A stretch of DNA of 64,000 nucleotides, from IMG/VR virus record IMGVR_UViG_3300031867_000002, positions 1 to 64,000 of that record. The stretch is one strand, 5' to 3'. The notes beneath the pieces were generated by a model that made no database searches, had not been told where the DNA came from, and saw only the letters and a program-made list of their open reading frames with translations. Source of the stretch: a virus (taxonomy: Duplodnaviria; Caudoviricetes). A program made the position numbers and the translations under genes. Positions 48,689 through 58,655 of this stretch are shown piece after piece. The stretch's first letter is position 1, and every line of letters starts with the position of its first letter.

Positions 48689-49456
48689 ATGATTAGCGAA
48701 AATTCTATGATGAGTATTCCAGTAAATGAAAATGATATAATCAAGATTCCAAAAGATTTACCTGATATGGAATTAGAAGATTATGATTTGATAGATGATA
48801 AAGATAGAGAAAAGTATATTACTGATTTAGAACGACATATTAGAGCTTCTTTTGAATACCGTCAAATGGTTCAATATCTAAGAGAATATATGAACATGAA
48901 TTCTTGTGCATTTATTCCTAATGTAACTAATGAGTTTAGTAGAAAGGTTAGAATAGAATTACATCATTCTCCATTTACATTAAGAGATATTTGTTGTATT
49001 ATTCTAAATAAGAGAATGAAAAATGGAGAAATGTTAACTATTGAATCTGTAGCATATGAAGTTATGTTTAATCATTATTGTCTTATGGTAGGATTGATTC
49101 CTTTATCTGAGACAGTACATGAATTAGTACACACTCAATACTTATTCATTCCTACAAATAAAGTATATGGGTATTATAAAGCATTTCTAAGTGTATACAA
49201 AGAATACATTGACCAAGAGTTATTAGATAAGCTAGATGAATTAGAAAAGCTTACTATTGCTGGTACTTATAATGATACTTATAAACAAGTATTAGAAAAG
49301 AAGTATATTACTATTGATATGGAAGGTAATAACCAATTTGAACAGCTTCATGATTTACAAGATATACTTAAACAAAGATTGAGTGAGATTAAAGAAGCTG
49401 AAAAACCTCAAGGTACTTTTGCTAATTCTAATATAATGCATCCAGATAATTTATAA
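48689..49456 (+). CDS. HNH-like nuclease-fold protein
   Basis: IELHHSPF...GLIPLSETVHELVH; late promoter at 48659. Confidence 0.6.
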   Translation: MISENSMMSIPVNENDIIKIPKDLPDMELEDYDLIDDKDREKYITDLERHIRASFEYRQMVQYLREYMNMNSCAFIPNVTNEFSRKVRIELHHSPFTLRDICCIILNKRMKNGEMLTIESVAYEVMFNHYCLMVGLIPLSETVHELVHTQYLFIPTNKVYGYYKAFLSVYKEYIDQELLDKLDELEKLTIAGTYNDTYKQVLEKKYITIDMEGNNQFEQLHDLQDILKQRLSEIKEAEKPQGTFANSNIMHPDNL

Positions 49457-49579
49457 GAGAGATAATAACTCCCAGGGCATGGAGACCCTGGGAGTTATCT
49501 TTTAAAGGAGTCATATTATGAACAGCATCCGCCAAACGAGGAAAAACAAATGTACCACTCCATGCCCTAAGAGTGGTTT

Positions 49580-49654
49580 TGGTTGGGGTAGCGGGATTTG
49601 AACCCACGCGTGACAGAGTCAAAGTCTGTTGCCTTACCGCTTGGCTATACCCCA
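49580..49654 (-). tRNA. tRNA-Gln (TTG)
   Basis: tggggta/tacccca acceptor, acaga-ctTTGac-tctgt, CCA; late promoter at 49672. Confidence 0.92.
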
Positions 49655-49726
49655 ATATATTATTATTTAGTTGTATCATTATTAAAAAATAAACCTCAGT
49701 TTACCTGAGGTTTATTTATAATAATG

Positions 49727-50134
49727 CTAAAATACCTCTTCTGCGATAGGATTTCTATCTGCAAGTGTAAGTCTAGTTATTTTAGTGATTATTATATTAC
49801 CATTCTCTATTGTACAGTATCCATTAATCTTAATACATGGATTTCTTAGCTTATGATAGTATAAGCTGTCTAATAATTCTATATTAAGATAGTTATCATC
49901 ATATCCTTCTATATATTGCAGAGCTTTTGCTACTACAGTATCATTAATATCTGGATATTCGGATAATAATGGTCTATTTGGGTCATTAGCTCTAGGAACA
50001 TAGATATTATGTCCAGATTGGAATAACATTTTCTCATGAACCTCGTTTAGATTGATAATTTTGGCTCCACTAAGTAGATATTCCATATTATTATCATTTA
50101 TAAAGAATGGTACTTTAACTATTGCTTGTTTCAT
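49727..50134 (-). CDS. Hypothetical protein
   Basis: 135 aa, AAGGAG SD. Confidence 0.7.
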   Translation of the reverse strand: MKQAIVKVPFFINDNNMEYLLSGAKIINLNEVHEKMLFQSGHNIYVPRANDPNRPLLSEYPDINDTVVAKALQYIEGYDDNYLNIELLDSLYYHKLRNPCIKINGYCTIENGNIIITKITRLTLADRNPIAEEVF

Positions 50135-50517
50135 ATTGATAAACTCCTTTCTTGCTTATATTCGTTAACAATATCTTTAAATAACTTAAGATATACGTCA
50201 CCACATTTCTTAGCATCTGTTTTCTTAATAGTATTATTGTTATTTTTAATGAAATAATTGATTACATTGATATTATTGTCTTTATCAACTTCATACAATA
50301 ATCTAATCTGAAGATTTACTACACAACACTTATAAACATAGAAATGCCCATCTATAATATCATGAATAATAACGCTATCACCAAATATATTGGTGATAGC
50401 GATGTTTTGCTTCTTATATTCGTTATATCTTTTAGTGAGTTTACTAATAGCTTTACCTATCATGTTTTTACTATTCTTATCAAGCTTCTTATAAGATTTA
50501 TCCTTGTGAATAGTCAT
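50131..50517 (-). CDS. Possible RelE/ParE-fold protein
   Basis: KSYKKLDKN..NMIGKAISKL...FYVYK...IRLLYEV...VINYFIK layout. Confidence 0.45.
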   Translation of the reverse strand: MTIHKDKSYKKLDKNSKNMIGKAISKLTKRYNEYKKQNIAITNIFGDSVIIHDIIDGHFYVYKCCVVNLQIRLLYEVDKDNNINVINYFIKNNNNTIKKTDAKKCGDVYLKLFKDIVNEYKQERSLSI

Positions 50518-50535
50518 ATTGATTCCTCATTTCTA

Positions 50536-52908
50536 TTATTTTTTGTATACCTTAACTACTTCTCCACCCTTAATCATCTTATTACCAGTACTAATGCTAG
50601 TACCATTAGCAATAGTAACAACTGGGATTTCGATAGCTTCTCCAGTAGGGGCAATTAGGCATACTAGAGTGTCATTATTATTAACACCATAGATTGAAAC
50701 AATATTATCTGTTTTACCTAACTTGATAACATTGCTACCTGCTTTAGAACGACCTTTAATAACAGAATCTGGAATGATTCTATTAATATAACCGTTCTTT
50801 GTTACAATTACAATATCTGAGAATTGTTTATTCATTGCAGACATTCCTTCTACATTAGTAGTTTTAGAAGACATAGATACACATCCTCTAGCATTACGTT
50901 TTAGAATCGGAATATCGTTAATATCAATTCTTAATGCTTTCTTAGAGCCATACACGACAATCTCTGCATTATTACCAAACAATAACAAATCAATTATTCT
51001 ATCGTTATCATCAAGTTTGCAATATACAAGACCAGATGTTGGAACTGCTAAGAAATCTGTTGTAGTCATTCTCTTAATAAAACCTTGTTTAGTAAGAGTT
51101 ACAATAAAGCCTTTCTTGAATTGCTCTAATATAGGCTCATAGATAACTGCAGTAATCTGGCTATTGATATACTTATTAATAAGTCTAATATCAACACCGT
51201 TACTATTCTTATCTGCAAACGGTATTTTAGAGATTGGAATATTATATACTTTACCAAGGTTGTCAAATAATAGAATACTCTTGCTATTATCACCAGTGAT
51301 AACAAATTTGATTACGTCATTCTTAGGTTTAGTAAGAGCTTCAGTTTCTCCAATCTTCTTAATGAAGTTACCTTCTGTTAATACTATTTTGAATATGCCA
51401 GCAGTAACTCCATTAACTTCTGATTCATTAATGAGTCTACATTTTCTAGGCTCACCATATTTTGCCTTGATATCCAATAATTCTTGAATGATGATATTTT
51501 CAATAGCACCATCTTGAAGAATACAATCACGACAATAGTTTGTTTCTTTAGTAAGTTTATCTTGTTCTGCTTTATAACTTGCAAGATATCCTTTACTAAG
51601 TTTCTTAATTTCACAATTGATAAAGAATTTTGCTTGTATATCTGTAATATTACATTTCTTGATAAGAGTCTCAATAATTACAGAATCGTCTGTTGTCTTA
51701 TTAGACTTTATGATTTTAATAATATCATCAGCTTTACCAGATTCAATTGCCCAGATATAAAGCTGAATCATATGAAGTCTAGTCATTTTCTTTTGAAGCG
51801 TATTTTCAAGCAGTCTAAACTTTGTAAGTTTTCTAAAGTCAATCCAAGCCTGAAGATATCCTTTATATGATAATCTTTTTGCTGGATGTTCTTTATCATT
51901 TATATCTAATACTTTGAGATTTACTCTCATTGTTTGCATAAGAGATGTGTTCTTATATAACTCATTACGCACATAGTTCGGGTCTGTTCCTGGTTTAAGA
52001 ATCAATACGAATCTCATATTATTTTCAGAAGATTGTTCTTCCATATCAATAATACCAGTAATCTTATTTTCTTTAACCATATTTTCAAGCTTTTCAATTA
52101 CTGTTTCTAAGAATGTGAGATTAGGACAAGACTTGATGACAAGTGTTTGACAATCTCTATATTTCTTTTCTACTCCATTATAAGGTTCGATATCTACAAT
52201 ACCTCTAACCTTAAAATTACCAAATCCCATTTTTGAAATTGATGCCCAGTCTGTATCAACAATCTCACACGATTGACACATATCTGGAACAAGAACAATA
52301 TTTACTTTTGGATTCTGTATTAACGCTATAGTAGCATCAATAACTTCACAAATGTTATGACTTGGCACATCTACTCTATCACCTACTGCGATACCATTAC
52401 AACCATTCATAAGAAGTAATGGTACTTTACAAGGTAAGAAACTAGGTTCTGGTCTAGAGTTATCGTAGTTTGGTTCCCAATCGATAATCTCTTTACACTT
52501 TACAAGTTCATCAAGAATACATTCTTGTGTAAACTTACTTAAACGTACTTCAGTATAACGTGTTGCAGCTGGAATATTTTGATAAGTGTTCCCAAAGTTA
52601 CCTCTACCATTAAACAATGGAATTTTAGTTTGAAACCAATTTACCATTGTATAGAGTGCTCCTTGAATAGAGGTGTCACCATGAGGATGATATTTCCCCA
52701 TTGTACTACCTACAATGTCTGCAGACTTTCTATTATTGTCTGCTGCATCACAGATAAATCTTGCGGTATAAATAATTCTTCTTTGTACAGGTTTGAGTCC
52801 ATCTCTAAACTCTGGTACTGTACGATGCCGTTCTACATACAGAGCATATTCTCTATAATCATCATGGAATTGCTCCGCTGCCTTCTTTTGAATAATTTTT
52901 TCAGCCAT
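50536..52908 (-). CDS. Type IIA topoisomerase subunit A (GyrA/ParC family)
   Basis: DGLKPVQRRI, KYHPHGD, AATRYTE, GIAVG; beta-pinwheel CTD with no clear QxRGGKG GyrA box. Confidence 0.93.
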   Translation of the reverse strand: MAEKIIQKKAAEQFHDDYREYALYVERHRTVPEFRDGLKPVQRRIIYTARFICDAADNNRKSADIVGSTMGKYHPHGDTSIQGALYTMVNWFQTKIPLFNGRGNFGNTYQNIPAATRYTEVRLSKFTQECILDELVKCKEIIDWEPNYDNSRPEPSFLPCKVPLLLMNGCNGIAVGDRVDVPSHNICEVIDATIALIQNPKVNIVLVPDMCQSCEIVDTDWASISKMGFGNFKVRGIVDIEPYNGVEKKYRDCQTLVIKSCPNLTFLETVIEKLENMVKENKITGIIDMEEQSSENNMRFVLILKPGTDPNYVRNELYKNTSLMQTMRVNLKVLDINDKEHPAKRLSYKGYLQAWIDFRKLTKFRLLENTLQKKMTRLHMIQLYIWAIESGKADDIIKIIKSNKTTDDSVIIETLIKKCNITDIQAKFFINCEIKKLSKGYLASYKAEQDKLTKETNYCRDCILQDGAIENIIIQELLDIKAKYGEPRKCRLINESEVNGVTAGIFKIVLTEGNFIKKIGETEALTKPKNDVIKFVITGDNSKSILLFDNLGKVYNIPISKIPFADKNSNGVDIRLINKYINSQITAVIYEPILEQFKKGFIVTLTKQGFIKRMTTTDFLAVPTSGLVYCKLDDNDRIIDLLLFGNNAEIVVYGSKKALRIDINDIPILKRNARGCVSMSSKTTNVEGMSAMNKQFSDIVIVTKNGYINRIIPDSVIKGRSKAGSNVIKLGKTDNIVSIYGVNNNDTLVCLIAPTGEAIEIPVVTIANGTSISTGNKMIKGGEVVKVYKK

Positions 52909-53051
52909 TGTGCATGACCTCCTTTTAAAATATTATTAAGCTGTTGTTACTCAGCTTATTCGTAATTATAATATATAATGAGAACAAAGTTTTCCTCACT
53001 AGGGCAAAGCCTAGTGAGGAAACACAACAGAATGGAGGTAAAAAGTAATGA

Positions 53052-53561
53052 TTATTTGTCTACGTCTACATTAATTGGTTCATCAATAACATCTTCAGTC
53101 TCTTCTTTATCAGAAAAAGCTTCAGCGATGTCTTTGAAGTGTTCATCAATAGATTCAAATCTATCTGTAATACTAAGTTCTGTAATATATGTGACTTCAC
53201 CAGTTCCCATATCTTTATAACATCTGATATTCATAACACTCTTATCAGTGATAGCTTCAGAGTTTTCTTTTGTCATAGAAACAGTGAATGTATTGTCATT
53301 GTTAAACTTAGATACGCTACCAATAACTACACTACCCTTAGCTGTCTTATCTCCGAGAAGCTCAGCTCTAGACATCTTTACAGGTACAGAAATCTTGTCC
53401 CAAGAAATCTGTGCAAGAAGATTATAGAGAGAATCAAGTGTTTCAGCATAGAAATCTGTATACGCAATCGGAATCTGAACTTTAACGTATGTAGGTTTCT
53501 TTCTGTAAACCTTCTTAGTGGAATCCTTCTTGTCGAACTTTTTGTTGTTGTAATTAGCCAT
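53052..53561 (-). CDS. Hypothetical protein
   Basis: 169 aa, AAGGAG SD. Confidence 0.75.
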   Translation of the reverse strand: MANYNNKKFDKKDSTKKVYRKKPTYVKVQIPIAYTDFYAETLDSLYNLLAQISWDKISVPVKMSRAELLGDKTAKGSVVIGSVSKFNNDNTFTVSMTKENSEAITDKSVMNIRCYKDMGTGEVTYITELSITDRFESIDEHFKDIAEAFSDKEETEDVIDEPINVDVDK

Positions 53562-53676
53562 GATAAATTACTCCTTTTTTATAAATTATATTTTTAGGTT
53601 TAGTACTTCTAAACCATTTACATTTAAGTTAGTATGTTAGTAAAAAATAACGGGTCTATATCAGACCCGTTATAAA

Positions 53677-55977
53677 TTAATCTTTGAGAAGAAGGTCTTT
53701 GTTGGAATTGATATATCGCATTTCCTCAAGTTCTTTCTCAAAGTTTTCAAAAGTATACTGTACCAACAGTCTATCTCCATCGGGTCTAAGTGTGCTAGGT
53801 CCAAGCATTGCTGGGTCCATTTCACCAAGACCTTTAAATCTATCTAACTTAGGAGGCATGAATCTATTAAACTCATGCATTACTGTATACAGTGATACTG
53901 CTTGACCATTAAGAATATATTCATTATCAGAGTTATCAATATAAGGAATTATATCTTTACATTCAGCAAATAAACGTTCTGTAACGAATACTTCATGATA
54001 CTTTTCATTTGCTACTCCTTTAATGATAACTATATTTCCATTTTGTTCAAGCTCTAAGAATCTGAATTTCTTCTTGATTGTAGATTTGAATTTAGTAAAT
54101 GGAAGTTTTCTATTAACAAGAATCTCTTCTAACAGATAAGAGTCAATTGCATATGTGTTAGCAATCTTATCGAGTTCTGCTACATAATCTGCATTATTAT
54201 AGAGAAGTCTTGTTACTTCTTTAGGACTTAAGTCTTTATTCTTAATAGTCTTAATAATATAAGCTTTACTAAACTCTTTCTGAATAAACTTAACAAAGTC
54301 AAGTTTATCTGTAAAGAATCTATAACCTTTCTTTTCTGGAATACCATATAATGGTGGTAATGCTGCATATACTCTACCAGCCATTACAAGTGGTTTACAA
54401 TACATTGCAAGGAATCTAAGGACAAGTGTTCTAATATGAGCACCATCAGGGTCTGCATCAGCCATGATAATTACTCTATCTACTTTACACTTATCTAAAT
54501 CAAAATTTCTACCATATCCTCCTCCAATGATTGTTAGAATACCAGCAATCTCTGCATTGGCTAGCACATCTGCACGAGACTTTTCAAACACGTTAGGTAT
54601 TTTACCTCTAATAGGAAATATACCTTGTATAGCTTGGTCTCGTACATTTCTTGCACTACCGAACGCAGAATCGCCCTCAACTATTACGAGTTCACAGTTA
54701 CGTCTACCATTTGGCTTCAAGTATTTAGCTGGAAGCCCAGATATAGAGCTAGCTTCAAACTTCGTAGATAGCTTGACCTTCTCTTTGTCTTGTCTCATTC
54801 TAATTTCAATTATTTCTTTAAAGTATTTACATAACTTCTGTAAATCATTAGCATGAGTTTTAGACCACTCATTCAATCCATTAATAACAGATTGAGAGCA
54901 GAAGGGTTTCATATCAGGATTTGCTAATGTTTCTTTAGCTTGACCATTATAAGATGCGTTAAGATGACAGCTACAAACTGCAAGCTTAAGACCTTGTCTT
55001 ATATCATTAACTGTACAAGTAAGTTTACTCTTAGTATTAGCTAAGAAAATCTTATTCATATAGTCCCTGAAGAATCTAGTTATCCCATCAATACAACCAT
55101 CAATATGAGTACCACCGTCTGTTGGACAAGTGTTATTTAATCCAATTATAGCTTCTTCACCATTTTCAACGCTAGTATCATAGGTAAATGCAGCTTGTAA
55201 TCTATGCTCGCCATCATCATTGAATATTAATACAGGTTCGATAAAAGGTCTTGTTGTCATATTGATAAGATATGTCATAATACCGTCACGATTCTCAATT
55301 GTTTCGATATGCTTCTTACCAGTCTTATCAATACCAGTATATTCTACATGAGTTCCTAATGCAGCTGATGGTGTTATAATAGCTAATAAATCATATACAT
55401 CTTTCCAAGTAGTAACAACTTCTCCAATTACAGATTCATTTGGAATGAAAGTAATTAAAGTACCTTGTGCATCACTAGGACATTTAATATTAACTTCACC
55501 TTTTTTCCAAAGATGCCCTTCAATGAATTCAGCATGAACTGCCTTTCCAACTACATAGCTGTCTACTGTAAATAATGATGATAAAGCACATGTTACAGAT
55601 GCACCACAACCATTTTTACCAGCAGAATAGTTATATGGTTGTTTCTTATAATTAGAACTTGTATGAGATGAACCGAAGATAATTCCAATCTTACCGTGAG
55701 GAACGCCTCTACCATTATCTAATACTGTAATCTGATGATTTCTTTCATCATAGGTTACAAATATATTTGGAGAAAAGGCATTGCCTTTGAGAATCTCATC
55801 TACAGAGTTTTGGAATATTTCTCTTGTCATTGTAAGAAAAGCTTTAGACCCAAATACTTTACCAATATACATATCTGGTGTCTGTCTTACCTGCTCAACG
55901 AAATCAGATAATTGAACTATTTCGTTACCATAATTTTTGGCTCTTTCTTCAAGAGAAGTTTCTTGTTTCTTTGACAT
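53677..55977 (-). CDS. Type IIA topoisomerase subunit B (GyrB/ParE family)
   Basis: EIFQNSVDE, DNGRGVP, GGTH, VEGDSA, PIRGK, DADPDGAHI, RFKGLGEM; start moved to MSKKQET. Confidence 0.93.
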   Translation of the reverse strand: MSKKQETSLEERAKNYGNEIVQLSDFVEQVRQTPDMYIGKVFGSKAFLTMTREIFQNSVDEILKGNAFSPNIFVTYDERNHQITVLDNGRGVPHGKIGIIFGSSHTSSNYKKQPYNYSAGKNGCGASVTCALSSLFTVDSYVVGKAVHAEFIEGHLWKKGEVNIKCPSDAQGTLITFIPNESVIGEVVTTWKDVYDLLAIITPSAALGTHVEYTGIDKTGKKHIETIENRDGIMTYLINMTTRPFIEPVLIFNDDGEHRLQAAFTYDTSVENGEEAIIGLNNTCPTDGGTHIDGCIDGITRFFRDYMNKIFLANTKSKLTCTVNDIRQGLKLAVCSCHLNASYNGQAKETLANPDMKPFCSQSVINGLNEWSKTHANDLQKLCKYFKEIIEIRMRQDKEKVKLSTKFEASSISGLPAKYLKPNGRRNCELVIVEGDSAFGSARNVRDQAIQGIFPIRGKIPNVFEKSRADVLANAEIAGILTIIGGGYGRNFDLDKCKVDRVIIMADADPDGAHIRTLVLRFLAMYCKPLVMAGRVYAALPPLYGIPEKKGYRFFTDKLDFVKFIQKEFSKAYIIKTIKNKDLSPKEVTRLLYNNADYVAELDKIANTYAIDSYLLEEILVNRKLPFTKFKSTIKKKFRFLELEQNGNIVIIKGVANEKYHEVFVTERLFAECKDIIPYIDNSDNEYILNGQAVSLYTVMHEFNRFMPPKLDRFKGLGEMDPAMLGPSTLRPDGDRLLVQYTFENFEKELEEMRYINSNKDLLLKD

Positions 55978-56078
55978 AATATACCTCCTAAAAAAGAGAA
56001 TCGTATTTAAACGACTCTCTATTTTTAAAGGAAATGTACACTCGACATAAGCCGAGTGCACATCCTTTAATTATTAAA

Positions 56079-57044
56079 TTAGAACGGTGCTGCAGTAGTT
56101 GTTGCTGTATTAGCTGCAGGATTATTAACAGGCTGTCCAATCGGAGGATTGAATGTTGTACCCTGCTGAGTCTGCTGCTGTTGATTGTTAGGAGTTCCAG
56201 GGAACGGTACACTAGGAGTGTTGTTCATCTGAGGAACAGCTTGAGGCTGACCACCCTGTACAAATGGATTACCACCCATCATTGTACCACCAGTAGGCTG
56301 AGTAGGAACACCCATCTGATTTGCAGCTTGAAGAATATATGCTGCCTGCTGAATTGTGCTAGGGTCAAACATATTCTGTTGCATCATAGGTTGAGCACCA
56401 TTATAATTAGGAACAAATCCCATATTAGGTGCAGAACTAGAATCATTTACAAAGTAATTTGGTGCTTGACCGTACTGACCAGCAAACATCATTCCGTTCT
56501 GTCCGAAATTACCCTGATAACCAACAGCACCAACTTGCTGTCTGCACTGAGCAATAACGTTATTATAGTTTTTACGTCCATTAGCATATGCTGTAGGAAG
56601 GAGCTTAAATAAAACACCTGCAGCAATATAAATCTGCTTTGATACATCTTTATCGAGAGATGTATTAAGCAATTTTGTTGTATCAACAATATTCTTGAGC
56701 ATATCAAGAACTTCTGCTACAACTGCGTCTTCTACTAAGACTACGTTAAATTCTTCATTTGTCCACTTAGCTCTAACTCTGTCTGTCGCAGTGTCAATAA
56801 GTTCGAGACAAAGCAGTGTTCCATCACGGAAATCCCAACCTGCGATTGCCTGGTCGTCTAAGTCAAACTTGAAATTTGTACCACCCATAGATTTAATTTT
56901 CTGAAGTTCTTCCTGGGTGGAAGATGTGGATTTAGCAGGAGCTACGTTATTGAAAGCCAGACCACTCTGAACTCCAAATCCGTTAGGGTTCACCTGCTGT
57001 CCAAAATAAGAATTACTAAAGCCGTTGAATGCATTGTTCATCAT
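56079..57044 (-). CDS. Early protein with Q/N/G/P-rich low-complexity termini
   Basis: 321 aa; AAGGAGGT SD; early promoter with stem-loop at about 57083-57123. Confidence 0.8.
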   Translation of the reverse strand: MMNNAFNGFSNSYFGQQVNPNGFGVQSGLAFNNVAPAKSTSSTQEELQKIKSMGGTNFKFDLDDQAIAGWDFRDGTLLCLELIDTATDRVRAKWTNEEFNVVLVEDAVVAEVLDMLKNIVDTTKLLNTSLDKDVSKQIYIAAGVLFKLLPTAYANGRKNYNNVIAQCRQQVGAVGYQGNFGQNGMMFAGQYGQAPNYFVNDSSSAPNMGFVPNYNGAQPMMQQNMFDPSTIQQAAYILQAANQMGVPTQPTGGTMMGGNPFVQGGQPQAVPQMNNTPSVPFPGTPNNQQQQTQQGTTFNPPIGQPVNNPAANTATTTAAPF

Positions 57045-57157
57045 AACAATGACCTCCTTATAATTAATAATTTTTATAGAATAGAGAATGGCTAGTTCTC
57101 TGATTCACATGAATGATATATAACCATTTACATTTTTGTTAAGGTGAATGTAAATGA

Positions 57158-57646
57158 TTAAAGAAATTTAGTAGCGTTCTTGTCTACGATTTCGTCATCG
57201 GGACGTAAACCACGCTTCTCAGTTGTAGGACTTGGCTGACCCATGAAATAAGTATGCTCATCAAATAGGTCGGTCATATTCTGGAAGTATCTCTTACGAG
57301 TTTCTTCATTAGTCATACCATTAGAAACCTTGTCTTTAAAGAAGTTATCTAGACTTAATCTATCTACTGCAACTTCCATAAAAGTAATAGCTTCGTAATT
57401 TAGTGTAATAATACACATTGGATATAATCTAGAATCTGTAGTTTGTGTTTGAATAGAATTTCCACAAACAATATATAGAATCTCAGCATCATCATCCCAT
57501 AGGAAACATGCTGTAGATTCATCCCACATATAATTTGTCGTAGGACCCATTACTCTAATAGGTAGATTCATTTCTCTATCCGAACCTGGTAAGTGATGGA
57601 ATTCCTTACGAAGTTTGATTACTTGTTCTTTTGTCATAGTAAGCAA
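57158..57646 (-). CDS. Hypothetical protein
   Basis: AAGGAGG SD, late promoter at 57674. Confidence 0.75.
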   Translation of the reverse strand: MLTMTKEQVIKLRKEFHHLPGSDREMNLPIRVMGPTTNYMWDESTACFLWDDDAEILYIVCGNSIQTQTTDSRLYPMCIITLNYEAITFMEVAVDRLSLDNFFKDKVSNGMTNEETRKRYFQNMTDLFDEHTYFMGQPSPTTEKRGLRPDDEIVDKNATKFL

Positions 57647-57687
57647 CCTCCTTATAACTAATTATAAGAAAGTTGCTTACTTATCTT

Positions 57688-58149
57688 TTAGATAAATCTA
57701 TTAGGACAAATTAGATTCTTAAATTTCTGATTTGATGCTAATAGATATAAATTAATCATACATGTCGGGTCATGAGTCATTCTATACATTTCGAGATATT
57801 GTCTAGCAGTATCATAGAAAACATAGCAGTTATAAACATTTTCCCATACTACATTATTTATAGCATTATCTCCACCATTAAAGAATGCTGTCTGAGTGTT
57901 TCTATACTCATCCATGCATCTTACAATATATCCAAGATTGCCGCATCTAATTTTACAAAATTCGATTAGAGCATTTTGAATAGGTTCTGATACAAGATAC
58001 CACTTATCTTCATTTGACGAGAGATTACCGTAAGAAATATCGCTAAAGATATTCTCCGCCATTTTAATAAGTTCATCAGGTTTTACTTCATTAACCCAAT
58101 TTGTACCACGCTCACGTTTTTTGCGAGCAAATATAGATTCTCTTGCCAT
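57688..58149 (-). CDS. Hypothetical protein
   Basis: 153 aa, GAGGAGG SD. Confidence 0.75.
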   Translation of the reverse strand: MARESIFARKKRERGTNWVNEVKPDELIKMAENIFSDISYGNLSSNEDKWYLVSEPIQNALIEFCKIRCGNLGYIVRCMDEYRNTQTAFFNGGDNAINNVVWENVYNCYVFYDTARQYLEMYRMTHDPTCMINLYLLASNQKFKNLICPNRFI

Positions 58150-58151
58150 AA

Positions 58152-58655
58152 TTATTCCTCCTCGTTCATGAGTGTTCCTGCATTACCACCGAATCCAGTA
58201 GCAGTTTTTTCAGATTTTTTTACAGCATTATTAATATCATAAGGCTGAGCATTATGATATGCTATAAACTCTTCACTAATAGCTTCATCAGGATAAGCCT
58301 GATCGCATAGAGTCAAAAAGCGATAAAGTGATACACTCTTTGCTACATCTACACCTTCTACCATTACAATGGATTCTCTAAGACTAGTACCTCCTTCTCC
58401 ATCGTTTAAGAGATATTCTTTGATTTTATCAAAGATATTCTTTCTTCCGACGGCGATTAATACTTCGCCGTCAATTTCAATGTCTTGTTCTCCAGATGCT
58501 TGACTGTACATATAAAACATTTCGTTTTTCATGATAGCATAGTACAGTTTATCATCTACTGATTTAAGATTGGATGGAACAACTCCAGTTTTTGCAATTT
58601 CCATCACTTGTTCCTGAGTGATGTCTCCATTAATTTTCTGAAATAATCCAGACAT
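58152..58655 (-). CDS. Hypothetical early protein
   Basis: AGGAGGT SD; early promoter with stem-loop at 58688-58726. Confidence 0.75.
   Translation of the reverse strand: MSGLFQKINGDITQEQVMEIAKTGVVPSNLKSVDDKLYYAIMKNEMFYMYSQASGEQDIEIDGEVLIAVGRKNIFDKIKEYLLNDGEGGTSLRESIVMVEGVDVAKSVSLYRFLTLCDQAYPDEAISEEFIAYHNAQPYDINNAVKKSEKTATGFGGNAGTLMNEEE

Noticed and set aside
49428-49679. 83-aa ORF
   Set aside because: Overlaps tRNA-Gln and its trailer; no SD
50536-55977. Assigning gyrA/gyrB gene symbols
   Set aside because: No clear GyrA box; gyrase versus topo IV activity cannot be decided by eye
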